Part shown: one piece after another, positions 50,732 to 61,468 of the stretch
Numbering within the stretch: position 1 is the first letter of the stretch
Layout of the letters: every line of letters starts with the position of its first letter
Source: Squalus acanthias
Taxonomy: Eukaryota
Assembly (NCBI GenBank): GCA_030390025.1
Contig: CM059439.1
Location: 12,090,001-12,154,000, forward strand
Length of the DNA: 64,000 nucleotides
Direction of reading: 5' to 3'
Program-made: the position numbers and the translations under genes
The notes under the pieces: generated by a model
Told to the model about the DNA's origin: nothing
What the model saw: the letters and a program-made list of their open reading frames with translations, nothing else
Databases searched by the model: none

Positions 50732-51197
50732 AGAAAGAACTTGAATTTTAAAAGTGCTGTTCACAACCTCGGGACGTCCCAAAATGCTTTACAGCCAATG
50801 AGGTACTTTTTGAAGTGTAGTCACTGTTGTAATGTAGGAAACATGGCGGCCAATTTGTGCACAGCAAGCTCCCACAAACAGAAATGCGATGATGACCAGA
50901 CAATCTATTCTGGTGGTGTTGATTGAGAGGTAAATATTGGCCAGGAGACGGGGAAGAACACCCCTGCTGTTCTTCACAAAAGATCCCATGGGCACTGTTT
51001 TGTCCACCTGACCAGACAGACTGGGCCTCGGTTTAACGTCTCATCCAAAAGACATTATAGTGAAAGCTCTGACAGTGCAGCACTCCCTCAGTACTGCACG
51101 AGAGTGTTAGCCTACATTTTGTGCTCAAGTCTCTGGAGTGGGTCTTAAACCCACAACCCTCTGACCCAGAGGTAAGAGTGCTAGCACTGAGCCACTA
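50732..51197 (-). mobile_element. Deu-domain SINE copy
   Basis: Colinear with 15525-15974. Confidence 0.8.
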
Positions 51198-52497
51198 ACA
51201 CCATAAATAAATAAATGGTTCCCAAATAACACTTAATTCAATGGCTGTTGGCTACACCACTTCCGATTCTCCACTATGCTCGCTGTGACGTATTCTAATT
51301 TGAAAACCAGTAAAATAAGCATAAGTTATTGGCGCGCTAGATGAGAAAATGTATAGTATACACTGCTGATCCTGTCATTGCAGTAAAATCTGTGCCCATA
51401 TCTCTAAAGGTGCTTTTACTCTAGTGCTTAAACATCAGGTAAAGAGACCCTATTTCAAGAGAGTGAACTCTGAAACAACCCCCCCCCCCCCCCCCCCCCC
51501 CCGGCCTGCCTTTTACGCTAGGTGATGGGAGCTGGGATCCACTCTGTAATACTGAGACCTAGAATGTAAATGTGAGAGACTGGATCCCTGTGTTTATTTT
51601 GCTGCAACCGGCAGCCATAACCCAGTGGCACCATTGTAGAGCCCACTTCTGTGGGTCCCTGATTTCATTGATGCCCTGAACATCAGGTCATTTACACTAT
51701 GGAGATGCGTTGATTGAGACAGTGTCGTGTATCTGTCGTGGGCCGGACTCTCGATGTGTTTAAAGAATCTGGTTCCAGTCAATGAAAATTAAAGTTTTTC
51801 CTCATCATATTACAGCAATAAACTTTGACTCTCTTTATTTTGGGCTACTCTTTAAAAGTTAAAAAGTGCCAGATAAAATATTTGTCCGTGGCCATGGGGA
51901 CCATCACAGACTAACTGAATTGCTGTAAGATTGTTTAAATCCTGTCATCTCATCTCATTTAATCTCATCCTTCCAGAATACCAACCCTATTGCCTTCCCA
52001 GCGTCTACTTTCTCAGATTAGTTCAACATCCTGGCCTCGATAACTCTTGCATTACTTCAGCTGTTGATAACTCTTTGTATAAAGAAATACTTGCTGCCAC
52101 CTGGCTTAAATTAGCCTTTCCCAAGTCTGTGCTCTTGTATTGATGTATGAAGTTTACTTTGACTATCCTGTTAAGTATTTTGTGTACCTCCTATAAGGTC
52201 GCCTCTCGGCTTGAGGTTGAAGAGCCGGGACTCTTGCTCATAACTCGTCCCTCTGGGGATTTGAACTCAACTGATGTTGGTAATGTAATCCAGCATCCTC
52301 TTTGTTTTGTTTATTGCTACCTCACGCTATTTAGACATGGTGGGCGATGAGTCAACGATCATTACTTTCATCTCTTTTTTTTCCCCTTTCTCCCCCCACC
52401 CATAAAGTACATATGCCTCCTATTTTTTACTTCCAATTTACACTTGCCTGTATTGAACTCTGATCACTGCCACTGATCAACCCAGGCTCCAACCTTA

Positions 52498-52581
52498 ATA
52501 CGATAGCAAAATACTGCAGATGCTGGAAATCCGAAATAACAACAGAAAACGCTGGAAAAACTCAGCAGGCCAGGACGAAAG
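52498..52581 (-). mobile_element. Truncated PLE terminus (tail side only, no ribozyme core)
   Basis: Same sequence as 20232-20305; TSD GGCTCCAACCTTA at 52485-52497 and 52582-52594. Confidence 0.75.
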
Positions 52582-53535
52582 GGCTCCAACCTTATTGAGC
52601 TCCCTTTTGTAAGATCTTGGCTTTCTGCTCTGAGTCAAAAGTTGCCAATCCCTTGCCCTCTCCCCACACCCACTACAAATGTAAGCACTTTGCACTGTGT
52701 GCGTTCAGGCCACTTACATTTACCAAGAATAGGAGGGGGCCAACATAGACTCTGGGACATGCCACTTAATACCTTCACCCTCCTATTGCAATCTAGCACC
52801 GCTTAATGATGACTGTCTGCTTCCTTCCCTTTAGGCAGTTACTGATCAAGATCTTGTCCTTCATACCTACCAACCTTAATTCATAAAGGAGTCACTGGAG
52901 AGTTCCTTTATCAGAAGGCCTTTTGGAAATTCAAGTACACTCCGTCACATTGCTCCCCCCTGTTCATTTGCAAGGCCACCTCCTCCAGAACAAAGATAAC
53001 TGGTTGAGCAAGAAAGATGTACCTCCTTTAAAGCAATTCTGATTGTTTAAATATCTTGCTGCCAGTGGCTTAAAGGTTAAAACTGACTGGCTTCTTTTGC
53101 CAGAAACTATTCGTACATCACTGCACGAGATGGTGGATGTCTGTTTGGTTTTAATCCATTGTACACGCACTTTGCTTTAGGGAAAGCGGAGGCTAAAACT
53201 ATTTCTGTTGAGTCACAGCTTGGGCTGTAATGAAGCTTTCTGTTGGGCGACTTAACATCAGAAATTTGGAACTAGGGCAATATTAAAAACGTCCACTGCC
53301 TAGTTGTGCTTAATTTGTACAAGTGAGGTTTTTTTTTGATACAAATGTTTCATTCAGTTTACCAAATTTTAAAAAAAAAAGCATTATAAATTGGTTTATA
53401 ACCAAAGACTATAAATACCCGAGAGTGAATTATAATCATCATGGAAAATAAATGGAATTGTGAATTTGTTCCCCCCAAAACACTGGTTTTAAAAAAAATC
53501 TCTGAATGCCATGTAACAAAGATAGATTTAGAATT

Positions 53536-53672
53536 TCCCTGCCTCTGTACATGCTTAAAAACTGTTGCATCTCGAACTGATGAAAGGTCATCGACCTGAA
53601 ACGTAACCTCTGTTTCTCTCTCCACAGATGCAGCTCGACCTGCTGAGTATATCCAGCATTTTCTATTTTATT
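53536..53672 (+). mobile_element. Short PLE-terminus insertion with hammerhead core
   Basis: CTGATGAaAGGTCatcGACCTGAAAcgta at 53577-53605; TSD ATAGA(T/A)TTAGAATT at 53522-53535 and 53673-53686. Confidence 0.75.
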
Positions 53673-54349
53673 ATAGAATTAGAATTATTCAGTCATGTAA
53701 ATCAGTGGCCCTGATCATTGTTAAAATGCAAACTAACCAAATCCTAAAACATCTTTTTGAGTTTGTTAATTATGGTTTTTCTTTGTTTAAATTAGGATGA
53801 GCTATGTACCTTACATTTGAATTCGGTCAGTATGTTGATTGTTCATGACATGTTATATGTACCAATTTTGCTTGCTGCAAAAATGTTGCCAATTTTTCTC
53901 TCCTTCTCTGGCTCTTTCTGGGATACAGTTGCACAGGCACCACAAGCCCTCCAGATGCCTGCCCCAAATGGGCATTTTTCATGTGACCCCCCCCCAAATG
54001 GTGACTGTTGCCTTCCACGGTCAGATATCCTGCCACCAGTACCAGGCCTGACCATGATTCTGTTCTCACTTTATGCCCGCACCCACATGCGTTCACCGGC
54101 GGGGCTCGCTGCATAAACCCTGGCCATCTTTTTGTTTCCTTACCCCGGGGCCATTGCGACCCATTGTAGGATCCCGACTGAGATCGGCCAACTCCACTCG
54201 CATCTGGGATTAAACCAGGGACCTTTTGATCTGTGTGGCTCAGAACCACAGTGAATTGTACAATTGTTCTATTAACTATGTGAGATGGGGAATGCACCCA
54301 ACTCCTCAATTCAAAAAATGACCTCCGTTTGTCTCAGTAATTTACTCCA

Positions 54350-54381
54350 TCATTTATTATACCTTTTTATGTATTTTACAG
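54350..54381 (+). promoter_or_regulatory. 3' splice acceptor of the LRRC8D coding exon (exon starts at 54382, GA-ATG)
   Basis: T-rich tract ending ...gtattttacAG|gaATG immediately before the start codon, implying non-coding upstream exon(s). Confidence 0.85.
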
Positions 54382-54383
54382 GA

Positions 54384-56954
54384 ATGTTTACCCTCACAGA
54401 AGTTGCATCTCTTAATGACATACAGGCAACCTATCGAATCCTGAAGCCATGGTGGGACGTATTCATGGACTATTTAGCCCTTGTAATGCTGATGGTCGCT
54501 ATCTTTGCGGGCACCATGCAGCTGACCAAAGATCAAGTCGTGTGTCTTCCTGAGCCCCAATCAGACGAAAGGTCAGAAACCCAGCGCAGCATCTCGGAGA
54601 GTCCGACAAAATTTCCCGAAGCATCTGCTGTACCAGATTTAGGAAGCACTACCTCTTCGCGAGGGAGACGGAATCATGCTACTGAGGGAGCCAACGTCTT
54701 TGCTTTTGGAAGCGTGCCTACGATAACCGTTGACCTACCTGATGACGTCGATCATCCCGTACAAAGAGCCCCTCTCAACTTTGGGCGTCCGACTAACTTA
54801 GAGTACCAGCAATATATTTTCATCAATCAGATGTGCTATCATGTGGCCTTGCCCTGGTACTCCAAGTATTTTCCCTACCTTGCTCTAATCCATACACTCA
54901 TCCTCATGGTCAGTAGCAATTTCTGGTTCAAGTACCCCAAGACCAGTTCAAAGATCGAACATTTTGTTTCTATATTGGGAAAGTGTTTCGAGTCTCCGTG
55001 GACCACAAAAGCACTCTCTGAGACTGCGTGTGAGGACTCTGAGGAGAACAAGCAACGCTTTAAGACCTCTGTAGCAAAGCATTTATCGACTGGCAGTGAA
55101 GAAGAAAGCCCGAGCTCCAGCACACCCATGATATCGAGGACTGGACCTAAATTTTCGGCTGAGAAGCCGGTCATTGAGGTTCCTAGCATGACTATTTTAG
55201 ACAAGAAAGATGGAGAGCAGGCCAAAGCCCTTTTTGAAAAAGTTCGTAAGTTCCGTGCCCATGTAGAAGACAGTGATTTGATATATAAACTCTATGTTGT
55301 CCAGACAGTCATAAAGACAGTGAAATTAATGTTTATTTTATGTTATACGCTTACTTTTGTGACTTCTATAAGTTTTGATCATGTCTGCAAACCAGACATA
55401 GAGCATTTGACTGGATATACTGAATTTTATTGTACTCACAACATGGCTTTTATGCTGCGAAAATTACTAATTAGTTACATTGCACTCATATGCGTTTATG
55501 GACTGGTTTGCATATATACTTTGTTTTGGCTGTTCAGGCGGCCCTTAAAGGAATACTCATTTGAAAAGGTCCGTGAAGAAAGTAGTTTTAGTGACATTCC
55601 AGATGTTAAAAATGACTTTGCATTTCTGCTGCACATGGTTGATCAATATGACCAACTTTACTCGAAGCGCTTTGGGGTCTTCCTGTCGGAGGTGAGTGAA
55701 AACAAACTGCGGGAGCTGAGTTTGAACCACGAGTGGACTTACGAGAAACTCAAACAGCACGTCTCTCGGAATCCTCAAGACAAGCTGGAGCTGCACCTCT
55801 TCATGCTCTCCGGGGTGCCCGACGCGGTCTTCGACATGACCGAGCTGGAGGTGCTGAAGCTGGAGCTGATTCCTGAGGCGAAGATTCCTGCCAAAATCTC
55901 CCAAATGACGAATCTTCAGGAACTGCACCTTTACCATTGCCCTGCTAAAGTGGAACAAACTGCCTTCAGCTTCCTCCGGGACCACCTTAGGTATCTGCAC
56001 ATCAAGTTCACTGACGTTGCGGAAATTCCCACCTGGGTCTATTTGCTTAAAAACCTGCGTGAACTGTACCTGGTTGGTAATCTGAACTCTGAAAATAATA
56101 AGATGATCGCTCTAGAGTCGCTGCGAGAACTGAAACACCTGAAGATCTTGCACCTAAAGAGTAATCTGACCAAAGTTCCTTCAAACATCACTGATGTTGC
56201 GCCCCATCTCACTGCTCTACTGGTTCACAATGATGGAACTAAACTTTTAGTACTGAATAGCTTGAAGAAGATGATCAATCTAACTGAGCTAGAGCTGCAG
56301 AACTGTGAGCTGGAACGGATCCCACACGCCATTTTCAGCTTGACCAACTTGCAGGAACTGGACTTGAAATCCAACAATATTCGCACAATCGAGGAGGTGA
56401 TCAGTTTTCAACATCTGAAGCGCTTGACGTGCCTGAAACTGTGGCACAACAAAATCATCACCATCCCTTCATCCATCAGCCTGGTGAAAAACCTCGAGTT
56501 GCTTTACCTTTCTCAGAATAAACTAGAATCTCTGCCAGCAGCTCTCTTCACTTTACAGAAGCTCAGATACCTGGATGTAAGTCACAATTCCATCGTCGTC
56601 ATTCCAGCGGAAATCACGTCTCTCCAGAATTTACAGTATTTCGCAGTTACAGGAAACCGAGTGGAAATTTTGCCAAAGCAGGTTTTTAAGTGCACAAAGT
56701 TGCGGGTTTTGAATGTAGGGCAAAACTGCATCACTTCCATTTCAGAAAAGGTTGGTCAGCTTGTGCAGCTCACACAGCTAGAGGTGAAGGGGAACTGCCT
56801 GGACCGACTTCCAGCAGAGTTGGGCCACTGTCGCCTTCTGAAGAAAAGCGGGCTTGTCGTTGAAGATCACCTCTTTGACACACTGCCCCCCGAGGTCAAA
56901 GACCTCTTTAATCAAGACTTTAACTCAAATTCGACTTTTGGCGCAGGAATATAA
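54384..56954 (+). CDS. LRRC8D: Leucine-rich repeat-containing protein 8D (VRAC subunit), single coding exon, 856 aa
   Basis: The ORF read from the internal Met is MFTLTEVASLNDIQATYRILKPWWDVFMDYL..., the LRRC8D-type N-terminus. It has a pannexin-like 4-TM domain (WYSKYFPY, FWFKYPKTSSKIEHF, LDKKDGEQAKALFEKV, DVKNDFAFLLH), a long first extracellular loop and C-terminal LRRs. The first 33 aa of the 889-aa ORF lie upstream of a splice acceptor and are intronic. Confidence 0.95.
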   Translation: MFTLTEVASLNDIQATYRILKPWWDVFMDYLALVMLMVAIFAGTMQLTKDQVVCLPEPQSDERSETQRSISESPTKFPEASAVPDLGSTTSSRGRRNHATEGANVFAFGSVPTITVDLPDDVDHPVQRAPLNFGRPTNLEYQQYIFINQMCYHVALPWYSKYFPYLALIHTLILMVSSNFWFKYPKTSSKIEHFVSILGKCFESPWTTKALSETACEDSEENKQRFKTSVAKHLSTGSEEESPSSSTPMISRTGPKFSAEKPVIEVPSMTILDKKDGEQAKALFEKVRKFRAHVEDSDLIYKLYVVQTVIKTVKLMFILCYTLTFVTSISFDHVCKPDIEHLTGYTEFYCTHNMAFMLRKLLISYIALICVYGLVCIYTLFWLFRRPLKEYSFEKVREESSFSDIPDVKNDFAFLLHMVDQYDQLYSKRFGVFLSEVSENKLRELSLNHEWTYEKLKQHVSRNPQDKLELHLFMLSGVPDAVFDMTELEVLKLELIPEAKIPAKISQMTNLQELHLYHCPAKVEQTAFSFLRDHLRYLHIKFTDVAEIPTWVYLLKNLRELYLVGNLNSENNKMIALESLRELKHLKILHLKSNLTKVPSNITDVAPHLTALLVHNDGTKLLVLNSLKKMINLTELELQNCELERIPHAIFSLTNLQELDLKSNNIRTIEEVISFQHLKRLTCLKLWHNKIITIPSSISLVKNLELLYLSQNKLESLPAALFTLQKLRYLDVSHNSIVVIPAEITSLQNLQYFAVTGNRVEILPKQVFKCTKLRVLNVGQNCITSISEKVGQLVQLTQLEVKGNCLDRLPAELGHCRLLKKSGLVVEDHLFDTLPPEVKDLFNQDFNSNSTFGAGI

Positions 56955-58929
56955 AGTATTGAGCAAAGCATATGTAGCAGCTTCGGAACTGAATGTTTGT
57001 TTGCTTGTTAACTGGAAAAAAAATGTATAAAATAGAGCAAGGTACTTAAACATGGCAACTGTTTAAAAACTAGAGAAAGGTGATGCTAGTTTTTTTTGCC
57101 CTGATAAAGCTCTCAAATCATTGTAATAAATTGTAACCAATTAACTAACTGTTGGTCACTGGTTGTCTTATACAAGTCTGTTGATGACTGAATATTTGTT
57201 CGTATATCCTTGTTTGTAAATGAATTTAATTTTAATTTATTCTCAACACTTTTTTTAAAAAAGAAAGAAAAATTCCTTTTTAATTTTCATAACCCTGTCC
57301 AAAGAGTGGGTAGATTACCTGCTCCCTGGTCTCTCCAGGTGCTAGGCCTCTTTCAGCTCTGCTGCTGAGCTGACCATTACAAGGGTTGTGAGTGCAACAA
57401 CAGTGTATCTCAAACTCTTAACTTTATCTCCCTCCAGGCAGCTTGGCTCCTCTCCTTTTAACAGCGCAGTTAAGATCAGAAATTTGCATAAACCCGCATT
57501 TTGTGTATCTGTGGTACCACACCACACCACCTGTCTCCTTTTTTTTTGTTTGTATTTCTGTAGCAAGAGAGTTGAGTTCCAGGCTCTAAACTGTGTGAAT
57601 TTAGCATACAGAATGTGCCAATATCTAGATCCTAGCACCAATTTCAGCTGTTTCTAAATAAAAGAAAACAAACTTACTTCAAAGTAATTGTTTTTTTTTA
57701 CTCGCTTGGTAGCTGCTTTAAAGAAGGAAGGGCCAAGGAGACCAATTTCAGCACCACGCACTCCTCCATGTGTGCTACTCGCCTAAATCATTCAAATGTA
57801 CCGATTGCCGCATTGTGCCCAGAAAACCCTCTGACAAAACATGATGAGGGCTCGTCATGACACGTGTCTCATTCAGTGTCTACGTTCAGTTTTATAGAAG
57901 TTGCACTTCGTACTGATCTCGACATCAATCTGCGGGCGAACCAGAGGGGGAAAAAATACATGAATACTGGCAACTTTCCGCCTCCCTCCCCCCCCCACTG
58001 CTTGGCCAGCTCTAAATCAATCTGCAGATGCACAGGTTTCTGTGTAAATGAATGGGGTTGCTCTGGGATGCACCTTGGCTGTCCTCCAATAAACATCATG
58101 TTTGGCTCTGGGTTGCCGATGGAGACCTGAAATTATACCAAGTGATTCACTAAATCAAAGATCTCTCCTAGCAGAGAAAAGATATCTTCATATTTTCAAT
58201 ACATATGAGAAACACATTCTCTGGCCTTTTCTTCTGCTTTCCAAGTACTGAGAGATCCCGGTCATCCTTTTATTGCATCGTAATGGTTGCTGTAGCTGGC
58301 TGAAATGCATAAGAATCCACAAATACGATAACTAGATGGATTTAAAGAAAAAAATACAATTACAAATTACCAGCTCCCTGATTGGCTCAGCTAATTGACA
58401 TGAGTTGCAGAGCTATACTGACGAGGAGGACCCCAGATCCTAGGTAGCTGATCTCCGCAAAGGTAGCAATAGAACTCCTACAAATTGATCTCCGTGACCC
58501 TGGCTTAGGGACAAGAACATTTTCTAAATCTGCCACCAGACCCTAGCTGGAGGTGTGTGTGTGGGCTTGCTTAAGGCTGGCAGTGTTTCTATGTCCCCAC
58601 TCCCTTCCTTGCAATTGAATAGTCCACTAGCACTCAAAGCTTATGTTCACCGATGATGAATTTCCCTATGGGCAAGGTCACCAGCAACTAGTCGATACGT
58701 GGAGGAGAGGATGGCGGGGGGGGGAAATTAAGTTTGAAAAGTGACCATTATTCTCCCCCCCTGGTGAAACAGCACAGGTCTGTGTCAACCATGTAAATTG
58801 GTGCCTCCAACTGTTCAAAACTACATCTAAGAAAGAGATTGCATTTATATAGTGCCTTTCAGGATGTCCCAAAGTGCTTCACAGCCAACGAATAATTTTT
58901 GCCGTGTACTCACTGGCATAATGTAGGTA

Positions 58930-59163
58930 AAAATTGAGAGGTCGCACAACACCAGGTTATAGTCCAACAGTTTTATTTGAAATCACAAGCTTTCGGAGCT
59001 ATCGATCGCCCCTTCCTCAGGTGAAGTAGAGTACTTCACCTGAGGAAGGGGCGATCGATAGCTCCGAAAGCTTGTGATTTCAAATAAAACTGTTGGACTA
59101 TAACCTGGTGTTGTGCGACCTCTCAATTTTGTCCACCCCAGTCCAACACCAGCATCTCCGCAT
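58930..59163. mobile_element. Penelope-like element terminus in inverted configuration: perfect 99-bp arms, 3-nt loop, 33-bp tail, 15-bp TSD
   Basis: 58930-59028 is the exact reverse complement of 59032-59130. Unpaired tail at 59131-59163. Direct repeat CATAATGTAGGTAAA at 58917-58931 and 59164-59178. Inserted into a Deu-SINE fragment. Confidence 0.85.
59036..59077 (+). ncRNA. Minimal type-I hammerhead ribozyme motif (identical copy on - strand at 58983-59024)
   Basis: tcac-CTGAGGA-a-GGGGC(gatcgata)GCTCC-GAAA-GC-TT-gtga: CUGANGA and GAAA core, helix II, palindromic AGCU helix III, CUU cleavage triplet, helix I tcac/gtga. Confidence 0.75.
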
Positions 59164-59280
59164 CATAATGTAGGTAAACATGGCAGCCAATTTGTGCACA
59201 GCAAGGTCCCTTAATCTTCATTTTAGTTGAAGCAAAGAGCATAATCCAGTTATTAAACAGATTATATCCGAGATTCGAAG

Positions 59281-59800
59281 GAAAAACTGCAAGTCTAAAA
59301 TAAAAACAAATACACAGCCAGTCCATCAGCCTCTGGAAAGATAAAAGCTTAATGTTTCAGGTGTAGACCCTCTGTCAGAACTGGGTAGTTCTGATCAAGT
59401 GCCTACACCCAACATAAGGACATAAGAAGTAGGCGCAGGAGTCGGCCATACGACCCCTCGGGCCTGCTCCACCATTCAATAGGATCATGGCTGATCCGAA
59501 CCTAGACTCACGTCCACTTCCCTGCCCGCTCCCCATAACCCTTAATTCCCTTATCAGCTAGGAAACTGTCTATCTCCATTTTAAATTTATTTAATGTCGC
59601 AGCTTCCACAGCTCTCTGAGGTAGCAAATTCCATAGATTTACTACCCTCTGAGTGAAGAAGTTTCTCCTCATCTCAGTTTTGAAACGGCAGCCCCTTATT
59701 CTAAGATTATGCCCCCTAGTTCTAGTCTCACCCATCAGTGGAAATATATCTTCTTTCTTTACAGACGTTCGCAGGCCTGATGTGTATTTCCAGCACTTAC
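59281..59800. mobile_element. Old inverted PLE-terminus pair with decayed hammerhead cores, split by a CR1 3' fragment (59411-59746, -)
   Basis: gtttcaggtgtagaccctctgtcagaac / gttctgatcaagtgcctacacc are imperfect inverted copies; the PLE-type sequence resumes after the CR1 (…tttacagacg…atttccagcac). Confidence 0.5.
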
Positions 59801-61462
59801 TATCTAGACAAAATATCTGAACCTCAAGGTTACTGTTGGTGCTACTAGTAGACAATCGCTTTAATTATTATTGCATAATCATCTGGTGATAAAACCTCCA
59901 TTAAAACTGAACTGAGGGAAGTCATACAAACATGTTTATTGTTTGTTTGTCCCCTCCTGTCGCAAATATTAATACCTAGGCCCACGGTTTAGGTCCTTAC
60001 AACCAAAAGCCTAGGCGACAAAAGGCTGCAAATGATCTGCAATTAAGAAGACTTGCATTTTGAAAATGATGAAATCAAGTCAAAAATTTGTGCTGGGAAA
60101 TAGATATTGGAGGAGCGTCCTGTGCATCAACTGTAAGTTAATTGGGGTTTTCTTTTAGTTGGCATTCTGTGCCTGAATCCATTCCACGTGGTAAAATCAG
60201 CCCCAAGGTTTATATAAGCACAAGCACGTGCAATCAAAAAAACATTGTGATAGGATAGCAGGTGGTTTATTTGTGGTACTTCTAACGATGCCACTGTGCG
60301 TGGTGGATGCATTTAAGGGGAGCTAGATAAGCACATGAGGAATAGAAGGCTATGCTGATGGGGTTAGAGTGAAGTAGGGTGGGAGGAGGCTCGTGTGGAG
60401 CATAAACACCGGCATAGACAAGTTAGGCCGAATGGCCTGTTTCTGTGCTGTAGATCCTATGTAACCCTATGTAAGTAACTAAGGAATCCAGCTAGTGTGC
60501 TAAGAGTCCTGGTGCTGACCTAACGCTATGAGTTCTCCTATTGAACATGCTTACATATCATACCTATGGTGCAAAGATCAGTATTAGTCTATTTCAGGGC
60601 CCAGTTCTCCCTGTTCAATTTGGACACAAACACCCTGTTGGGTTGAGCACAAGATTAGCTTTGCACACACTTTGAAAAATTTCCCTCCCAGCTAGTACAG
60701 ATGCCGAGAGGTTTTAGTGCTCAGGAGTGAAGAGGAAATGGGCCGAATGAATTTGTGTGCCAGCAGACTTTTTTTAATGTGCGTGTTTTTGTGTGTGTGT
60801 GTTTTAATATATGGATGCAAAGCCATGACAACTGAGTGCAAAAACATTTTAATTTATTTGTAAAACAATGGTACTTGGCAGACTGTTGTGTTCCAAAAGC
60901 GGAAAAAACACACAAATAGTCCAAATTCAGGTACAGGATCTTCCAGTTATTATCCAGTTTAAATTGGGCAATGGTCTCTTTTTAAAAAAAACTAGAATAT
61001 AATTGGGCACAACAGGCAAAATACATTTTTATGGAAATAATAATTACAATTTTAACTGTAGTGCAGATACAATGCGTTCTATTTTTCTGAAGCTTTTTTA
61101 ATAACCTGAATGAATGTAAACCCAGGATCTTGACCTGTTTGTTTCAACTCTACTGTATTGTGAACTTTATTCTGTTTTTTTTTTTGCCGCTGCACAGTTT
61201 CTTCATGGATGTGCGAAAGATATAGTTTATAATTAGCCCTACCACAGTAACTTTTTTTTTAAATGACTTGAAAAATGTTGGTCTTATTCATGCATGCCTG
61301 TACACTAATGTTCCAAGTTTGGTTCTCAGAAGCCAATATTTCTCCAATTAAGATGTAATTTGAAATAGATGTCTTGTTGAATTTTAGGCAAAAACATTGC
61401 TGTCTTAATGTCAATGCACTATTGATTCTTAACTGAACCAGTCTTAGTTGTTTTCAAAACCT

Positions 61463-61468
61463 AATAAA
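61463..61468 (+). terminator. Candidate distal polyadenylation signal for LRRC8D (proximal candidates at 57125-57130 and 57657-57662)
   Basis: AATAAA at the end of a TE-free, U/A-rich, UTR-like block (~60950-61480) containing upstream TGTA motifs. Which site is used cannot be determined from sequence. Confidence 0.4.

Noticed and set aside
54285-54383. 33-aa N-terminal extension of the LRRC8D ORF (889 aa)
   Set aside because: It lies upstream of a clear splice acceptor at 54381; LRRC8 proteins start at the MF/MI-type Met, here 54384.
54875-56000. Antisense ORFs (116 and 147 aa) overlapping LRRC8D
   Set aside because: Expected shadow ORFs opposite a long coding exon; no recognisable motifs.
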